Below, piece by piece: positions 26,299 to 38,694 of a stretch of DNA of 64,000 nt. The position numbers were made by a program, and so were the translations under genes. Position 1 is the first letter of the stretch; every line of letters begins with the position of its first letter. The stretch is from Hemiscyllium ocellatum (Eukaryota). Location of the stretch: contig NC_083412.1 in the NCBI RefSeq assembly GCF_020745735.1, forward strand, positions 48,983,181 through 49,047,180. Direction: 5' to 3'. The notes under the pieces were generated by a model. It had not been told where the DNA came from. It saw nothing but the letters and a program-made list of their open reading frames with translations, and did not search any database.

Positions 26299-27239
26299 TA
26301 AGCTGAGACTCACCACTGAAGAACTCATGTTTCTCCTTACAAACCCATCTTGAACAGCCCTCTGTTAGGTGTAGAGATCAAGAAACTTTCTATTTTGTAT
26401 TTCCACACGCCATTAACCTCAATGTGTTCCAGAATCAGACATTGATTGATTGTGACTCATTGTGTGTTTCCCTTTCTAAATTTCTAAATCGCTCTAGTGT
26501 GTGAATTTCTGCCCTGCTGTCAGCTTCAAGTCATACTGATAACACTGAATGTGGTGGTCAGAATTCTGATAAGATCAACTACTTGCTACTCCAGAAATGC
26601 AGGTATACCTCTGGAAAAAAATGCAATTGCATCCAATGAGTACTTGCCACCATATACATTGGACCCAGCTATTCTTTTTGGCATATTTCTGGTATTTCTC
26701 TGCTCCCATAGAAAAGCATTTGCTCAATAAATGTATTTAGTTATGAGGTTCAAGTGGAAAGCATAAATATCTTTTAGGATTAGAATCATCATGAAGAAAA
26801 AGTCTTCCCACCCCATGACTTCTGTAAGTACAACCTCTAGGCTCGTAAAGGGGTGTTATGTATTTTAATCCATTAATAATTTGATCTCCATGCCTTCTGT
26901 TGAATGCAGGCTTCAGGTAAGCTTTTTTCTTTTTTTTAATGAGGTGACATCACTAGCAAAGAAGATTGACCATCTTAATTTTCCTTAAACTGAGTGGTTT
27001 GCTACACTATTTCAGGTGCACAAGCAGGAGGCTGGCAAAACACAGCAAGCCAGGCAACATCAGAACAGCAGTTATGAATCAACAATATTGTAGTGAAGCT
27101 GGAGTCACATGTAGGCCAGACGATTTTCTTTCCTCAGAGCTATTAGTGAACAAGATGTGTTTTTACGACAAGCAATGATCAGTTTATTGTTACCATTACT
27201 GAGATTAGCTTTCAATTCCAGATATGTAATAATTGACTA

Positions 27240-27870
27240 TAACTTTGATTTGATTTGTTATTGTCATATGTATCTAGGTACAATGAAAGGTTTGTTTTCC
27301 ATGGAGTACAGGCAGATCATACCATGCAAAGTGCATAAGGGTAATAGAACAGAACAAGGGATACAATGTTACAGCTGCAGGGAAGGTGCACACACAGCAT
27401 GATCAACATTAAATTTGAAATTAGAGAGATCCATTCAGAAGTTTGATAACAGCATGGTAGAAGCTGTATTTGAATCTGTTGACCTTTGTGTTATAAGCTT
27501 TTATATCTTCTGCAGAACAGAAAAGGTTGGAAGAGATTATAACCAGGGTGGGAGGGGTCTTTGATTATGTACTGGTCAAAGCACAGCAGGTTAGGCAGCA
27601 TCTCAGGAATAGAGAATTCACTGAACATTCTGTTGTGTACCTGCCTGGGTTTGGACCTCATCTAGCTGTGATCTCCAGCATCTGCAGACCTCATTTTTTA
27701 CTCTTTGATTATGTAGGCTGCCTTTCTCAGGCAGCGAGAAGTATAGACAAATTCAGTAGATGTAAGGTTGGTTTACGTGATGGGCTGGGCTATTTTCACA
27801 ACTCTCTGCAGTTCTCTTACAGTCCTGGGCAGACCACTTACCATGCTAAGCCATGATGCATCCACACCTC
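27240..27870 (-). mobile_element. Rex1/Babar-like LINE 3' end interrupted by a 130-bp PLE-derived insert
   Basis: Reverse complement RRYKSL...NRFKYSFYHAVIKLLN; (AAATC)n tail at ~27245. Confidence 0.7.
27572..27701. mobile_element. 130-bp chimeric PLE-tail insertion with inverted arms
   Basis: 14-bp exact direct repeat tctttgattatgta at 27558-27571 and 27702-27715. Confidence 0.75.
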
Positions 27871-28399
27871 CACCAGCTACTAAGATGGGATTTGGGTCCA
27901 TATCCTCAAAGCATTTACCTGGGTCTCTAGATGACTAGGTTAGTGATATTACCACTATTGGATCATCTCCCCCTCACCAGGTGTTGTTATCTGAAAAATT
28001 AGACATTTTTGAATTTCTGCATTTTCAAGTTCATCTTAGACATTTCACTGAACAGTGGTAACTGATCTGTAATGTATTTCAACCTCTACAATTGTCATGT
28101 TTTGTGTAATATTACACAGAATACACAGGTATGTAAAGAATTCTGGTGAAAGATTTGCAGCATCTACAAAATTTTGCTTTTGGAAAATGTAAAGACATCA
28201 GTAACTGAATTAAATACACTGACATTTTCAAATTTATCTGTGAACAATGATGGTTAGAAATCTTTTTGGCGATTATATTTTTTTCTTTTTTTATATATGT
28301 GTTCTGGCTTAGTTCCCTTTGCAGTTCCATCAGGTGTCCTGAACAATTTGGGCTCATTATAATTAAGCTACTGAACAAAATCTGATGAAATATGGAACA

Positions 28400-28735
28400 A
28401 TGATAGTAGATGTGTGGGAATACCACCACCTGCAAATTTCCCTCCAGGCAACACACCAACCTGAATTGGAACCACCTTGCTATTTTCGTGAAAAAGTGAT
28501 TTTTTTCCCGAATAAAGTTTATATTTTTGCAATTAAAAAAAAAATGCTATTCCTTCACTGTTACTGAGTTAAAATTCTGCAACTCCTTCCCCAACAGCAC
28601 TGTGGCTGTACAATACATGGACTGCAGCCGTTCAAGAAGTCAAGATAGCTCATCACCATCTTCTCAAAAGTAATTAGGAATGGACAATAATTGCAGCCCT
28701 AACCAGCAACATTCACATCCTGTCAATTAATTTAA
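28400..28735 (+). mobile_element. L2/CR1-clade LINE (or Deu-type SINE) 3' tail
   Basis: gggaataccaccacctgcaa...ccaacagcactgtgg...catggactgcagccgttcaagaag...caataa motif series; related pieces at ~10700-10880 (-) and 63890-64000 (-). Confidence 0.55.
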
Positions 28736-29180
28736 AAAATAATACCTTTCATATTCATTTTTAAAAAAAATTCTTCAGGAAACTCGTTTGTACTTCCTGC
28801 TTCCTCCCTTTGTTGTCTCATTTCTGAACGTTTGTCTATAAATTGGTCAGATGTGTTGCTGTTTAGTGATATTACATTACGCAGCGGCCATTGTGAATTA
28901 ATTATAGTGCAGCCAATGTGGTAACGGTCAAATGAAGCATTTTAACTTAACAGGGGTTTGTACTGGCTTCACATTGTTAAAGAAACACATCGGTTATGAT
29001 AATCCTTTTGGGATTTCTCAATTATTCCCGACCTTAGAAATGTGGATTATTGTGGTTTGCCATGAAGCAGATTTGAAGTTTGACAGTTACCTAGTAATGT
29101 GGAATGGGGGCAGCTTTCCGAAAACAGAATGGACCGTTGCTATGTTGCTGATGCCTTGCGACAACTGTTTTTGGCAGAAT

Positions 29181-29275
29181 GTTAAAAATCACACAACGCC
29201 AGGTTATAGTCCAAAAGGTTTATTTGGAAGCACTAGCTGTCAGAGCACAGCTCCTTCATCAAGTAGCCTTCATCA
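29181..29275 (-). mobile_element. 95-bp family B hammerhead/tail mini-insertion
   Basis: Degenerate core (TTGATGA/GACA); 11-bp direct repeat tttggcagaat at 29170-29180 and 29276-29286. Confidence 0.7.
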
Positions 29276-30500
29276 TTTGGCAGAATCTGAGCACTCCAAT
29301 TTCCTTTCCAGAACAGAGCTGTGACAGGACACAGGGACAAAGCGTTACACTCAGCGGCTCAAACCGAATATTTAGCTGACGCATGCATTTAATTCCAATC
29401 TTTGTTAATGTAAGTGTCCAGGAGCTGAAAATCTTATTTTTAATCAATTTGATGACGCCCCATGCGTTGTGGTGTTCCACTTTCTCTTCTAGAGTCTAGT
29501 CGACTTACTAGAAATCTCTTTGCATTTACCAATTATCAAATTTGCCCCCCCTCCTTATAAATAATTTCATTCGTCAGTGTGAGTACTTGGAAGTTAATCT
29601 ACTTGCCCTGAACTTTGATTTAAAAAATGTTTCTAAATTTATCATCCAATGACCGTTTCCACCTCCGCTCGAGTTTGTCAATTGAATTCTTAATGTTTAT
29701 ACGCGATAACCTTTTACAATTTATGAACGATACGGCAATCATTTGAATTCGATGTGACTTCAAATCTTTTTCACGAAATAATTGAACACAATTTTCAGCG
29801 CGACAACAGGAATTCCTCTCTCCTGCGCTATTGAACAATAATGGGGGTGGGCTGGGGGGGGGGGGGGAGGAGATCGGTGGAACAATTGAGGCCGTTTCTG
29901 TCAATATTCAACTTCCCCCAAAAAACAGATGAGTTGTGATTTCTCTAACGCGGAAGGAATCACCCCAAACTGTTCAGGAGTTTCTTCTGTGTTTGTCAGC
30001 AGGGGTCCTCGAATACCTGGCTGGCTGGCTGGTGCAATCTACATCCACACAGGGCAACGGAAAGCGATTGACTCAAACACGAAATGGTGAAAGATCTCAG
30101 TATGTATTACATCAAGTAGCCTTTTTTTCCAAAAAAATTAAATTGCGGGCTTTATATTGGGGTCATAATTTTGAACATTTCTTTAAAGCGATGTATGACA
30201 CAGAAGCAATAATCCAGTAAATAATATCGCCCTTGAAAAAAAACGTACATGAGCTAAAAATTGCCATACAATAAACAGCGAGGTAGGTGATTCATTCGCC
30301 TTGATTTTCATACAGTGGCCAACAGCCCTGCTCCATTGCCTACTTACAGCTTTTTCTGAGTGCAGACGGTTTTGACAGTTTGGTTTCGTCGCTCGCCTCT
30401 GCTTTTTCCTCCAACCACCACCTGAGCAGAAACGCGAATCGTTTGCAGACACTCGGAGATTAAGAAAGTTGCAGAGGATCCAGGGTTGTTTTCCGGTGAG

Positions 30501-30555
30501 ATGAGCTGGACCCGAGGTTCCCTGATGGCTGTGCTCTCCAGCTGCTGGCTGCAAG
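30501..30555 (+). CDS. IgSF receptor exon 1 (signal peptide MSWTRGSLMAVLSSCWLQ), phase-1 end
   Basis: ATG at 30501 in a CpG-rich region, hydrophobic leader, AAG|GTACAT donor at 30556. Joins in frame to the exon 2 acceptor across an 83-nt intron. Confidence 0.7.
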
Positions 30556-30638
30556 GTACATCACGCGGGCACCCCTTGTTTCCACTGAGTCCCACAGGAA
30601 TGGAGCTGTTCCCTAACCTTGTGCACCATCTCTTTCAG

Positions 30639-30986
30639 CTGTACTCCATACAGCGGCCGCTGCAGCAAAGCCCAGAGTGGTCAAAGGGAGAGTTAATACC
30701 AGCATATTCCTAGAAGTGTCATTCGCCAATATCACTGACCAGGTCGACACGGTAGAGTGGAAGTATGTGAGCCCCAATACCCGACGCTCTATCGTCCAGT
30801 TAATATCAGAAGAAGAGAAATGGAATACCCATTGGTTCAGCGGCTACTCACAGCGGGCACGAATCTACCCGAACCATTCCCTCTCCATCCAGAATGTGAG
30901 TCTGAATGATTCCGGGACATATTCCTGCACAGTGACAGATTGGAATGGAGACGAGTTCACCGAGGACGTTATCGTGACCGTGATCG
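30639..30986 (+). CDS. IgSF receptor exon 2: single V-set Ig domain of CD2/SLAM/CEACAM type
   Basis: Acceptor tctctttcag| and donor G|GTGAGT. Translation VVKGRVNTSIFLEV...VEWKY...YSQRARIYPNHSLSIQNVSLNDSGTYSCTV...VIVTVI has the C-strand Trp and the D-x-G-x-Y-x-C F-strand motif; 348 nt, phase 1-1. Confidence 0.9.
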
Positions 30987-33639
30987 GTGAGTGTTGGGTA
31001 TTCAATATCAGAGACGTTCATGGAATGAATTGCAATGAATGGTTGGCATTGGGAAACAGGATTGTAAGTGGTGGGAGACATTGCGCGCTGCCTGTGCGGG
31101 AACTGGAGGACAACGCTTTGACATTTTTTGACGTGTCTTTGCTTGGTAACACTTTCACCTTTAAACAAAACCTAGACAACTCAATAGAGCAGCTCAGATC
31201 AGTGTTGTCCCTCATGAAAACTCACTGCTCACATCATTGCATCTGTAAGTGCAGCGGTTGGAGACAGGAGACAGAAAAGCTGTGATTCTCCCCCTCCAGT
31301 GTTACTAAAAACCCCATTTACTTGAGTAACTTTGTCCTCGAACCGACTTTACCACATAGACTGTCATCTAGAAATATCAATGATTATTAGCCCACTCTTT
31401 CCACATCACGAATCACGATGAAGTGCATCAATTATTGCTTTAGACAAACTGAATTGCAGGGACCAAATAATCCTCAGTACAATCTTTAAACTCCGAGAAG
31501 TCTGCTCGACAGAAATCAGGGAGGGTCAAACCATTTTTGTTTCGGTGCTTCTGATTTTGTATAACGAATCCATCAGGTGTGTCTGAGGACCGCCTTGTAC
31601 AAGCGCCAAAAGAAACTTCCAGGAGTCTACTGCCCTCCAGTTTAAAAGCAGCACAACTAACAAAACCGTAATTTAAAATCCAAATTTAACAAAACAAATG
31701 GAGACTCACAAAAAAACCCCATAAAGTTGCGGGATGCTGGAAACCTGAAACGAAACCAGAAATTGCTGGAGAAACTCTGGAGGTGCATGAAACTCATTCT
31801 GTGCGAAGACAAAGCAGGACCCATTAAGTTAACTCTGCTTGTCTTCACAGAGCTTCGCCAGTAATTTCTGGGGTTTTCTTTGTTTAAACTGAAGGGAGTC
31901 GTTTACAAGTCGATACACCTATCTCAGGATTGGCTTGGGGCACAGATGGAATCAATCGTTGCGGGGGGGGGGGTGAGTTCTGCCAATGGAAAGAGGAAAG
32001 CACAATGCAAACAGCAGAAGGATCTGTTCACCGGGCTCAGTGTGCCCTGCAAACGGGACAAAGGGCTCTCGAAGGTTTGCATTAAGATTGAAAAGTGTCT
32101 GTCATTGAAGCAAGTGATTCGCGTGAGTCCTTTGAATGTGAATGAGTCATTTCACCTACACCCCCACGTCTGGCTTTCTGAGGGTCGGTACTCTCATAGG
32201 CGAAAATTCTCATTGACGCCTCTGAGTTAAAATGCTGAATTCTTTTTTTCTTGTTGTATCTCTTTTCCCCACCCCACCCCACATCTCCTCTTCCTCAAAT
32301 GTCATCAAACTGCCGTCATTGTTCAGCGTGTGGGCCACAAAGGAACCAGTATCGCTGTAAATCTTGGCGTTTAGCTTTTTGTGTCGCCCTAGTGGTCTGG
32401 CAATTATGTAAATTGGAAAATCCCAAGCATTTTCTTAAAGGTTACAAGAGAGTGTTTTCAATCCTGTGAAGGTTATGGTTTTCGGATTGCGCAATCAAAA
32501 GACCACTAGAAATTTGATAGAAATGGAGATATTTTGCAGTTTCCTGGAGACGGAGTTGAGTAATTCTAGTGGCTATCTCTCCACATTCACCTCCCTCAAC
32601 CCCCCGACCCCGCCACTCCCCAGACACAATCACTTTGCCCTAACGAAAGACGGAGCAAACTGGCGGGGAGTCTGATCCACTAATCTGCCGGCGTAGTGGA
32701 TGCATCAGGTAAACATTCGTTACAATTAGGACAAATATCAATGAGAAAGGGCACCACAGGGAAACTGTATGAATGGCTGCACAGACTGAAGTAGAAAGCA
32801 AAGGAAGATGCATTGATCAAAATGTGCAACAGGTTTTCCTCTGTTTTGTCCCACTCTGCCTATCAGTCAATTGGCAACTGTTTGAGAATTTGAATTCAGT
32901 TTAAATTAAAAGCGGGCTGTATGTAAATCTGCTGAATTGTTTAAGACAACTCACCTGCTAAAGTTATATCCTTTGGGAAGGGAAGCTGACATCCTGACCA
33001 GGTGAACCCCATGCCAACGTGCTGCCTCCTAACTGGTTAATTATTAACAGAGGGTACTTAGTTGTATATGTGTGCCACATACGTCAACTGATGTACCATC
33101 ACTTTCTCCACACAACGAGGAATGGGCACTACTATATACCAGAGACATTAAATAAAAATAATTGTGACCTTTAGTCAGCTGAAGCTAGGAATTGTGTACA
33201 GAACATGCATAGATGTGGATCTTTGGTTCTCATTCCATCTGGAGAGCAACCATATCAAAGTCAATACATTCTCTATCACCTTTCTAATTTGTGAAAGGGA
33301 ACATGCTGCCAAGTTCACAAACAGGAGTTGTTGTACTCAGAACATTAATCTGTTACCTCTCATCTGTTTCTTTCTCCACAGAAACTACAGAATTGCTGAG
33401 TTACTCCGGTCCATTATATTTTTATTTCAAATTTCCAGAATCTGCAATATTTTGGGTTTTTTTAATAAGAAACAGAACTTATGATTTCAAGAATTCTTTA
33501 TGCTTGCATTATTACTGTATTCTGTTGTGTAAATCTTTTCTCTCTTTAAAATTATTTTGCTTCTCAGATTTAGTGAGGGGCTAGCCTTTTAAGTAGGCCT
33601 TCCCAATGTTCTGCATTATTAAATCCAGCAAGATTCATT

Positions 33640-33960
33640 GTCATTGAGTCCCTACAATGCAAAAATAGACCCTTCAGCCAAACAAGTCCATACTGACCCA
33701 CCAAAGAGTATCCCACCCAAACCCATTCCCCATTACTCTACATTTATCCCTGACCAATGCACCCAACCTACACATCCCTGAATACTATGGGCAATTTATC
33801 ATGGCCAATCCACCTAACCTGCACATCTTTGGACTATGGGTGGAAACTGGAGCACCCGAATGAAATCCACACACACACGGGGAGAATGTGCAAACTCCAC
33901 CAGACAGTCGCCCGAGACTGCAATTGAACCCAGGTCCTTGGTGCTGTGAGCCACCGTGCT
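33640..33960 (-). mobile_element. V-core SINE in intron 2
   Basis: Reverse-complement V-core (ggggagaatgtgcaaactccac). Confidence 0.85.
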
Positions 33961-35527
33961 GTGATTATGTCTGTGTAGGATCAATGAATAAGGAACTAAC
34001 AGTATTGGTGCCCCATTTATGTGCAGTATGAAAGGAGCATTTACCATTGCTGTCTGCTCACAGAAAACATTATCAATCTAACTTCTGACTTTTCTGTCAT
34101 CCTCACTAATTATAAATCCTTATTTTCATTGCTTGGTTCTTGCAGTTTGGATTTGTTTGCATGTGGAGTGTGTCTTATGGATAAAAGCCATGCAACTGCA
34201 GTTGTACTCCAAAGGTTTTATAAATTAACAAAGTCAGAGTTGCATTTTGTGAAATTAGTGGGATTATGTCAAAATAAACTATCAGATTTGCAAATTAGTC
34301 AAGCATCTTTTTTTCCAAAAATATACATTATCATTACATTTTAAAAATTACTTCAGAAAATACTTAAATTTAAAATTATATAAGATACGATAAAATTCAT
34401 TTCTTTTCCAGCATGCTCCACCCTTAGCTGTGATAATACAATTGTCATACTCAATATATACAAAACACATCCCTTGTCAGGCATTCATTCTGAAACTAGA
34501 ACATTTTGAATGGAAAAATTACTGAAAGTGCAATAAATAAACTGTTCACTGTGCACCATTTTTGACTATGAGGTCCCTCAGAACAATTCAATACTCTGGA
34601 TGTTCACAGGTACTTACTTTCAGACCAAAGGGTTCTACAGTTTCCAACCACTCATTGTACTTCAGCTGAAAAGCTTTAGCAGTGCCTTTTCCTCATTGCA
34701 CCTCAACAACAGCTGTTCCAAGCTTTAGTGCATTTCACAACACATAGATTTGGATGTTAAAAGGTGCCAGAAAATGCTTTGCAGATCAAAGACATCCTTT
34801 CATTTAGTTGACCGTCCTCCAATTGCAATTAGTATTTATGTCAATGCTCTTTCAAGGGAACTGCATGCAGAGCGCAATTTTGCTTCACAGAACAGTTTAA
34901 GTTGAACCTCAATTATACAAAAATTCTCTCCAGAGAATTCTGTCTTCTTTGCAAAAGTACTATTCATAGGGAGATGGACAACAGTCTGTTATCCGCCACA
35001 ACTGCCATGAGGGCAACATGTAAAGGCGTTAAGATTCCAGAAAAGATCCAATGAGAAGGGACTTTCTAACCATCAGCCAAGCTACATCATGATGCTTATC
35101 TATAGGTGCTGGCCAGTCCACCAAATTGCATATACAGTCTTATAGGAGCTCTGGTGTACACTACTTGATGCACATGTGATCAAAGGTATTTTTTTTCTGC
35201 ATAATCTTTCCATAAAGGGCAATTTACACCACAGTCCAATTCCTTGGAGCATTTCACAACAATGTGGCCAGACCAAACATTTCCAGCACTAATTGAATTT
35301 CAGAACTTCAAGTCATTGTGAGTGAGTTGATTTTCTTGGTCTGTGGATTGATTGCTAAATCTAATGGGATTGATTAATGGAAAAAACATAAATCATAAAT
35401 CTGACAGTGGCCAAATCAATGGGAATGGATTGGGTAGCAATAAAAGCAGCATTTCTGGCTGTAAATAACTCCCAAAATCTCATATAAATGCAAAAACTGT
35501 GGACACCTGAAATACGAAATAAATACA

Positions 35528-35615
35528 GTTCCAAAGAAGATTCATACCAGACTTGAAATGTTAACTCTGTTTCTTTCTCCACAGATGCTGCCAGACTGCT
35601 GAGTTTCTCCAGCAT
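35528..35615 (+). mobile_element. Decayed PLE-type tail, possibly a third hammerhead family
   Basis: ..aagaagattcataccagactt-GAAA-tgttaac, then tctgtttctttctccacagatgctgccagactgctgagtttctccagc; related decayed pieces at ~31726-31860 and ~33340-33460. Confidence 0.35.
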
Positions 35616-35923
35616 GCTCCTAGATTATCCCAACTCTCTCCACAAGCCACTAGCTTGACCTTCTGCTGACTCCATAACAAACTTTTAGGACTATGCTCAA
35701 TTCCTCAGTAGTTTCCACAGTTTCCAATTGCTGTCCAGTCTCAGAGTTTCTTAAGTCATGTCCATCTGGAAGCACAAATACTAACCATTATTAAAAATGG
35801 AAATTTCCTACACCATGTGGCAAAATGTCCACCTGATAGTATCCTAATACACATAAACGTGATTTGTAACAAGAGTCAACTCCACTTTTGTTGTTAATTC
35901 CTTGTTCACATTGTCATTTTCAG

Positions 35924-36001
35924 GTGAAATACAGATATATAATGGTTGGAACACAACTGGAGTCTTTAAACTGACTTTCATGAAAGTTAATGAAACCAAT
36001 G
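35924..36001 (+). CDS. IgSF receptor exon 3: stalk (GEIQIYNGWNTTGVFKLTFMKVNETN)
   Basis: Acceptor ttgtcattttcag|, donor G|GTAAGA, 78 nt, open in phase 1-1, two N-x-T sequons. Confidence 0.7.
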
Positions 36002-36623
36002 GTAAGAATTCTGTTTGTTCAGCATTCTGATCATTTTGTGAAACTAATGCATAGGATATAAAAACAGAAATAGCAAAGTAAACTTACACCAAAATCCCAA
36101 ATATAGATTAAAAGTTAATATATTTCTATCAATATTCTGTTCTTTTTTTCCATCATCTTCTAAAAATTATCCCAACTCTTTTAAATCTCTTTATTCACTT
36201 GATTGAAATGTGGAGGGAATTGCAGCATTTGACTAAATAAATAATGTTTGTCTCCATTATCTCCTAGTATCATACACAGCCCAAAATAAGTTTTGAGTAC
36301 ATATGTAGGGGGATAATTTGGTGACACACAGTAGGAGTGCTATATTGTTGGTTGTGTATCAATTGAATCTTGGTAGCATGTAACCAGACTTCCATTTTCT
36401 TGGTCAAAACAGTAATTGTTGTAGCTAGCATTATAACTTTGTAAAAGTGCTTAATTGAGAATGTATTCATATCATGACAATGCCCAATAAAACTTGGTTA
36501 TAAAGAAGTAAAGTGCACATCTCCTGCTGCTGTAGATTCTTATTGAATTATGGTCATATTTATTTAAGTAATGTTTAGTCAATCCCACCTGATTTCATCT
36601 AACATATTTAATTTACTTTTTAG

Positions 36624-36746
36624 ATTACAAGGTTTTTGAAAATTATGGTTTGATAGCTGCCTTATCTGGAACAGGAGCATTAATCATCATAGCTATTTTG
36701 ACATGGGCTGTTGTGGGACATTGCAGGAGAAGGTCAAGAAGGCAAG
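36624..36746 (+). CDS. IgSF receptor exon 4: transmembrane helix plus basic stop-transfer
   Basis: Acceptor ttactttttag|, donor G|GTAAGT, 123 nt, phase 1-1. Encodes DYKVFENY-GLIAALSGTGALIIIAILTWAVVG-HCRRRSRRQ. Confidence 0.85.
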
Positions 36747-36993
36747 GTAAGTGGAGACAAAATAATAATGGATAGCCATGTGACTGAGAATGCAAAACTA
36801 AAAAGGATTCTATGCTAATTACTAATCAGGCACCAATAGGTGACAAAAAATAAACATTGATTAAAATATCTTGTTTAACTAGAGAAAGTAATCTGGAATT
36901 AGTAAAATAAATTGAATTTGTTGAATTTAAAAAAAAAGTTGTCTAATACAGTTCAGTGAGGGAACTTGCAATCCCTACCTACTATTTATCACT

Positions 36994-37333
36994 GCAGCAC
37001 TGTTGCTCAGTGGTTAGCACTGCAGCCTCGCAGCACCAGGATCCCAGGCTCGATTCCAGCCTTGGACGACTGCCTGTGTGGAGTTTGCATATTCTCCCCA
37101 TGTCTGCGTGGGTTTCCTCCATGTGCTCCGGTTTCCTCCCACAGTTCAAAATGTGCAGTTCAGGTGAATTGGCCATGCTAAATTGCCCATTGTGTTAGGT
37201 ACATTAGTCATTAGTCTAATATTAGGTCCATTCGTCAGAGGGAAATGGGTCTGGGTTGGTTACTCTTCGGAGGGCTGGCATGGACTTGGTGGGCCAAAGG
37301 GCCTGTTTCCATGCTGTAGGTAATCTAATCTAA
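36994..37333 (+). mobile_element. V-core SINE in intron 4
   Basis: tRNA-like head, V-core, (TAATC)n tail. Confidence 0.85.
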
Positions 37334-38658
37334 AACTATAATACCTTATCAATGTGCTTTAACTCTTACATGCCCACAAAAGTGATTCAGTTGTACCAAA
37401 ATATGACACAAGTCAAAAAGAAAACTCCTCACAAACTCCAACATCACTTAAGAACAATGATATGTGTGCAATAAATGTTGTTCTTGTCCATAACCAAGAA
37501 TTAACTTAAAGAAAAAATAGCCAAGTATTGTTAATAATGACAATGTAAAATTGATTTCTAAAAACAATTTCCACTCTGCAATTTAGTCATGAAATGTGGT
37601 TACTTATTAAACAATTGATATGTCAGTACAGATTTACTGAAAGGCAATGATTGATGAGGAAAAATGTTTCAAAGTCTTTGTAAATTTCTGTCTGGATTCT
37701 CTTTCAAGTTTGCTCTCAGTTAGTGGGAGATCTGTGGGAAGGCAAAGTTATTTTTCTCTTCAAGAAGAATGATGATGTTAATGTGAGATATGAATAAATT
37801 ATCTGTCAGGCAAGGAGAAGAAAATCTTGATCAATGAAAGGAATTTTAAGGAAGAAAGGAAAATGGAGAAGTTTAAATCACTTACTAACATATGAAACAA
37901 TAAGCTTAATTAAAGAGGATACATTTCAGGATCAGATGAATTATAAAGTTAATAACTTTCTGAAAGTTAAGTTCACTGGTGATTGCACAGAGGTACTAAA
38001 AACAGTTTTTAAAAAAATGATTAACTTCAGTGTATTTGCTAGTTGAGACTGCCAAACCTCCTTTCACTCAGGATCCTTACAGGATTTTTGCTCCACTCAG
38101 TAAACTTACTCATAATCACCGATGATCTTAACAATTTTGGAAAATGAAACTTAAGATGTCACTGAACTTTTCCATAGAAAAAAAAATCACAATATAACAT
38201 TCCATTGTATTGATCGTAACTAATCCTGTGTAATTATTATCATTGTTATATAATAGTAATGTAGTAAAAATAACCATACATCAAGTAATATGTTGTGAAC
38301 TTTTGTCGTCAAATTTTCCTGTTATGTCACTCATCAAACTGGTTGTTTTAAGGCTTTGGAAAATGCAGAACATATCAGAGACCACAACCACAGACACCTC
38401 TAGGGCTGATAAACCACAAACATTGCACTCCAATCTTTTGCTGAATGCTGATAACACAAATAAGTAAACTGGTTTGCATACATGGAAACAGTATAGCAAT
38501 TGATGGGTTGATGGGCCAAGGAGTGGCAGATGGAGTTTAATTGGATAAATGTGAGGTGTGATATTTTGGTAAAACACAATAGGACAGGACTTATACATTT
38601 AATGGATGAGTGGTGCTGGAAGAGCACAACAGTTCAGGCAGCATCCAAGGAGCAGCAA

Positions 38659-38694
38659 AATCGACGTTTCGGGCAAAAGCCCTTCATCAGGAAT
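38659..38694 (-). ncRNA. Minimal hammerhead motif (intact core)
   Basis: Reverse complement attc-CTGATGA-a-GGGC tttt GCCC-GAAA-CGTC-gatt. Confidence 0.75.

Larger units (their letters stand above)
29340..32700. promoter_or_regulatory. CpG-enriched region around the IgSF gene 5' end (probable promoter / non-methylated island)
   Basis: Visibly more CG dinucleotides than the CpG-depleted flanks, even in AT-rich stretches; contains exons 1-2. Judged by eye, not computed. Confidence 0.45.

Noticed and set aside
30183-30595. Antisense ORFs over the IgSF promoter and exon 1
   Set aside because: GC-rich region with low stop density; no domain or splice support.
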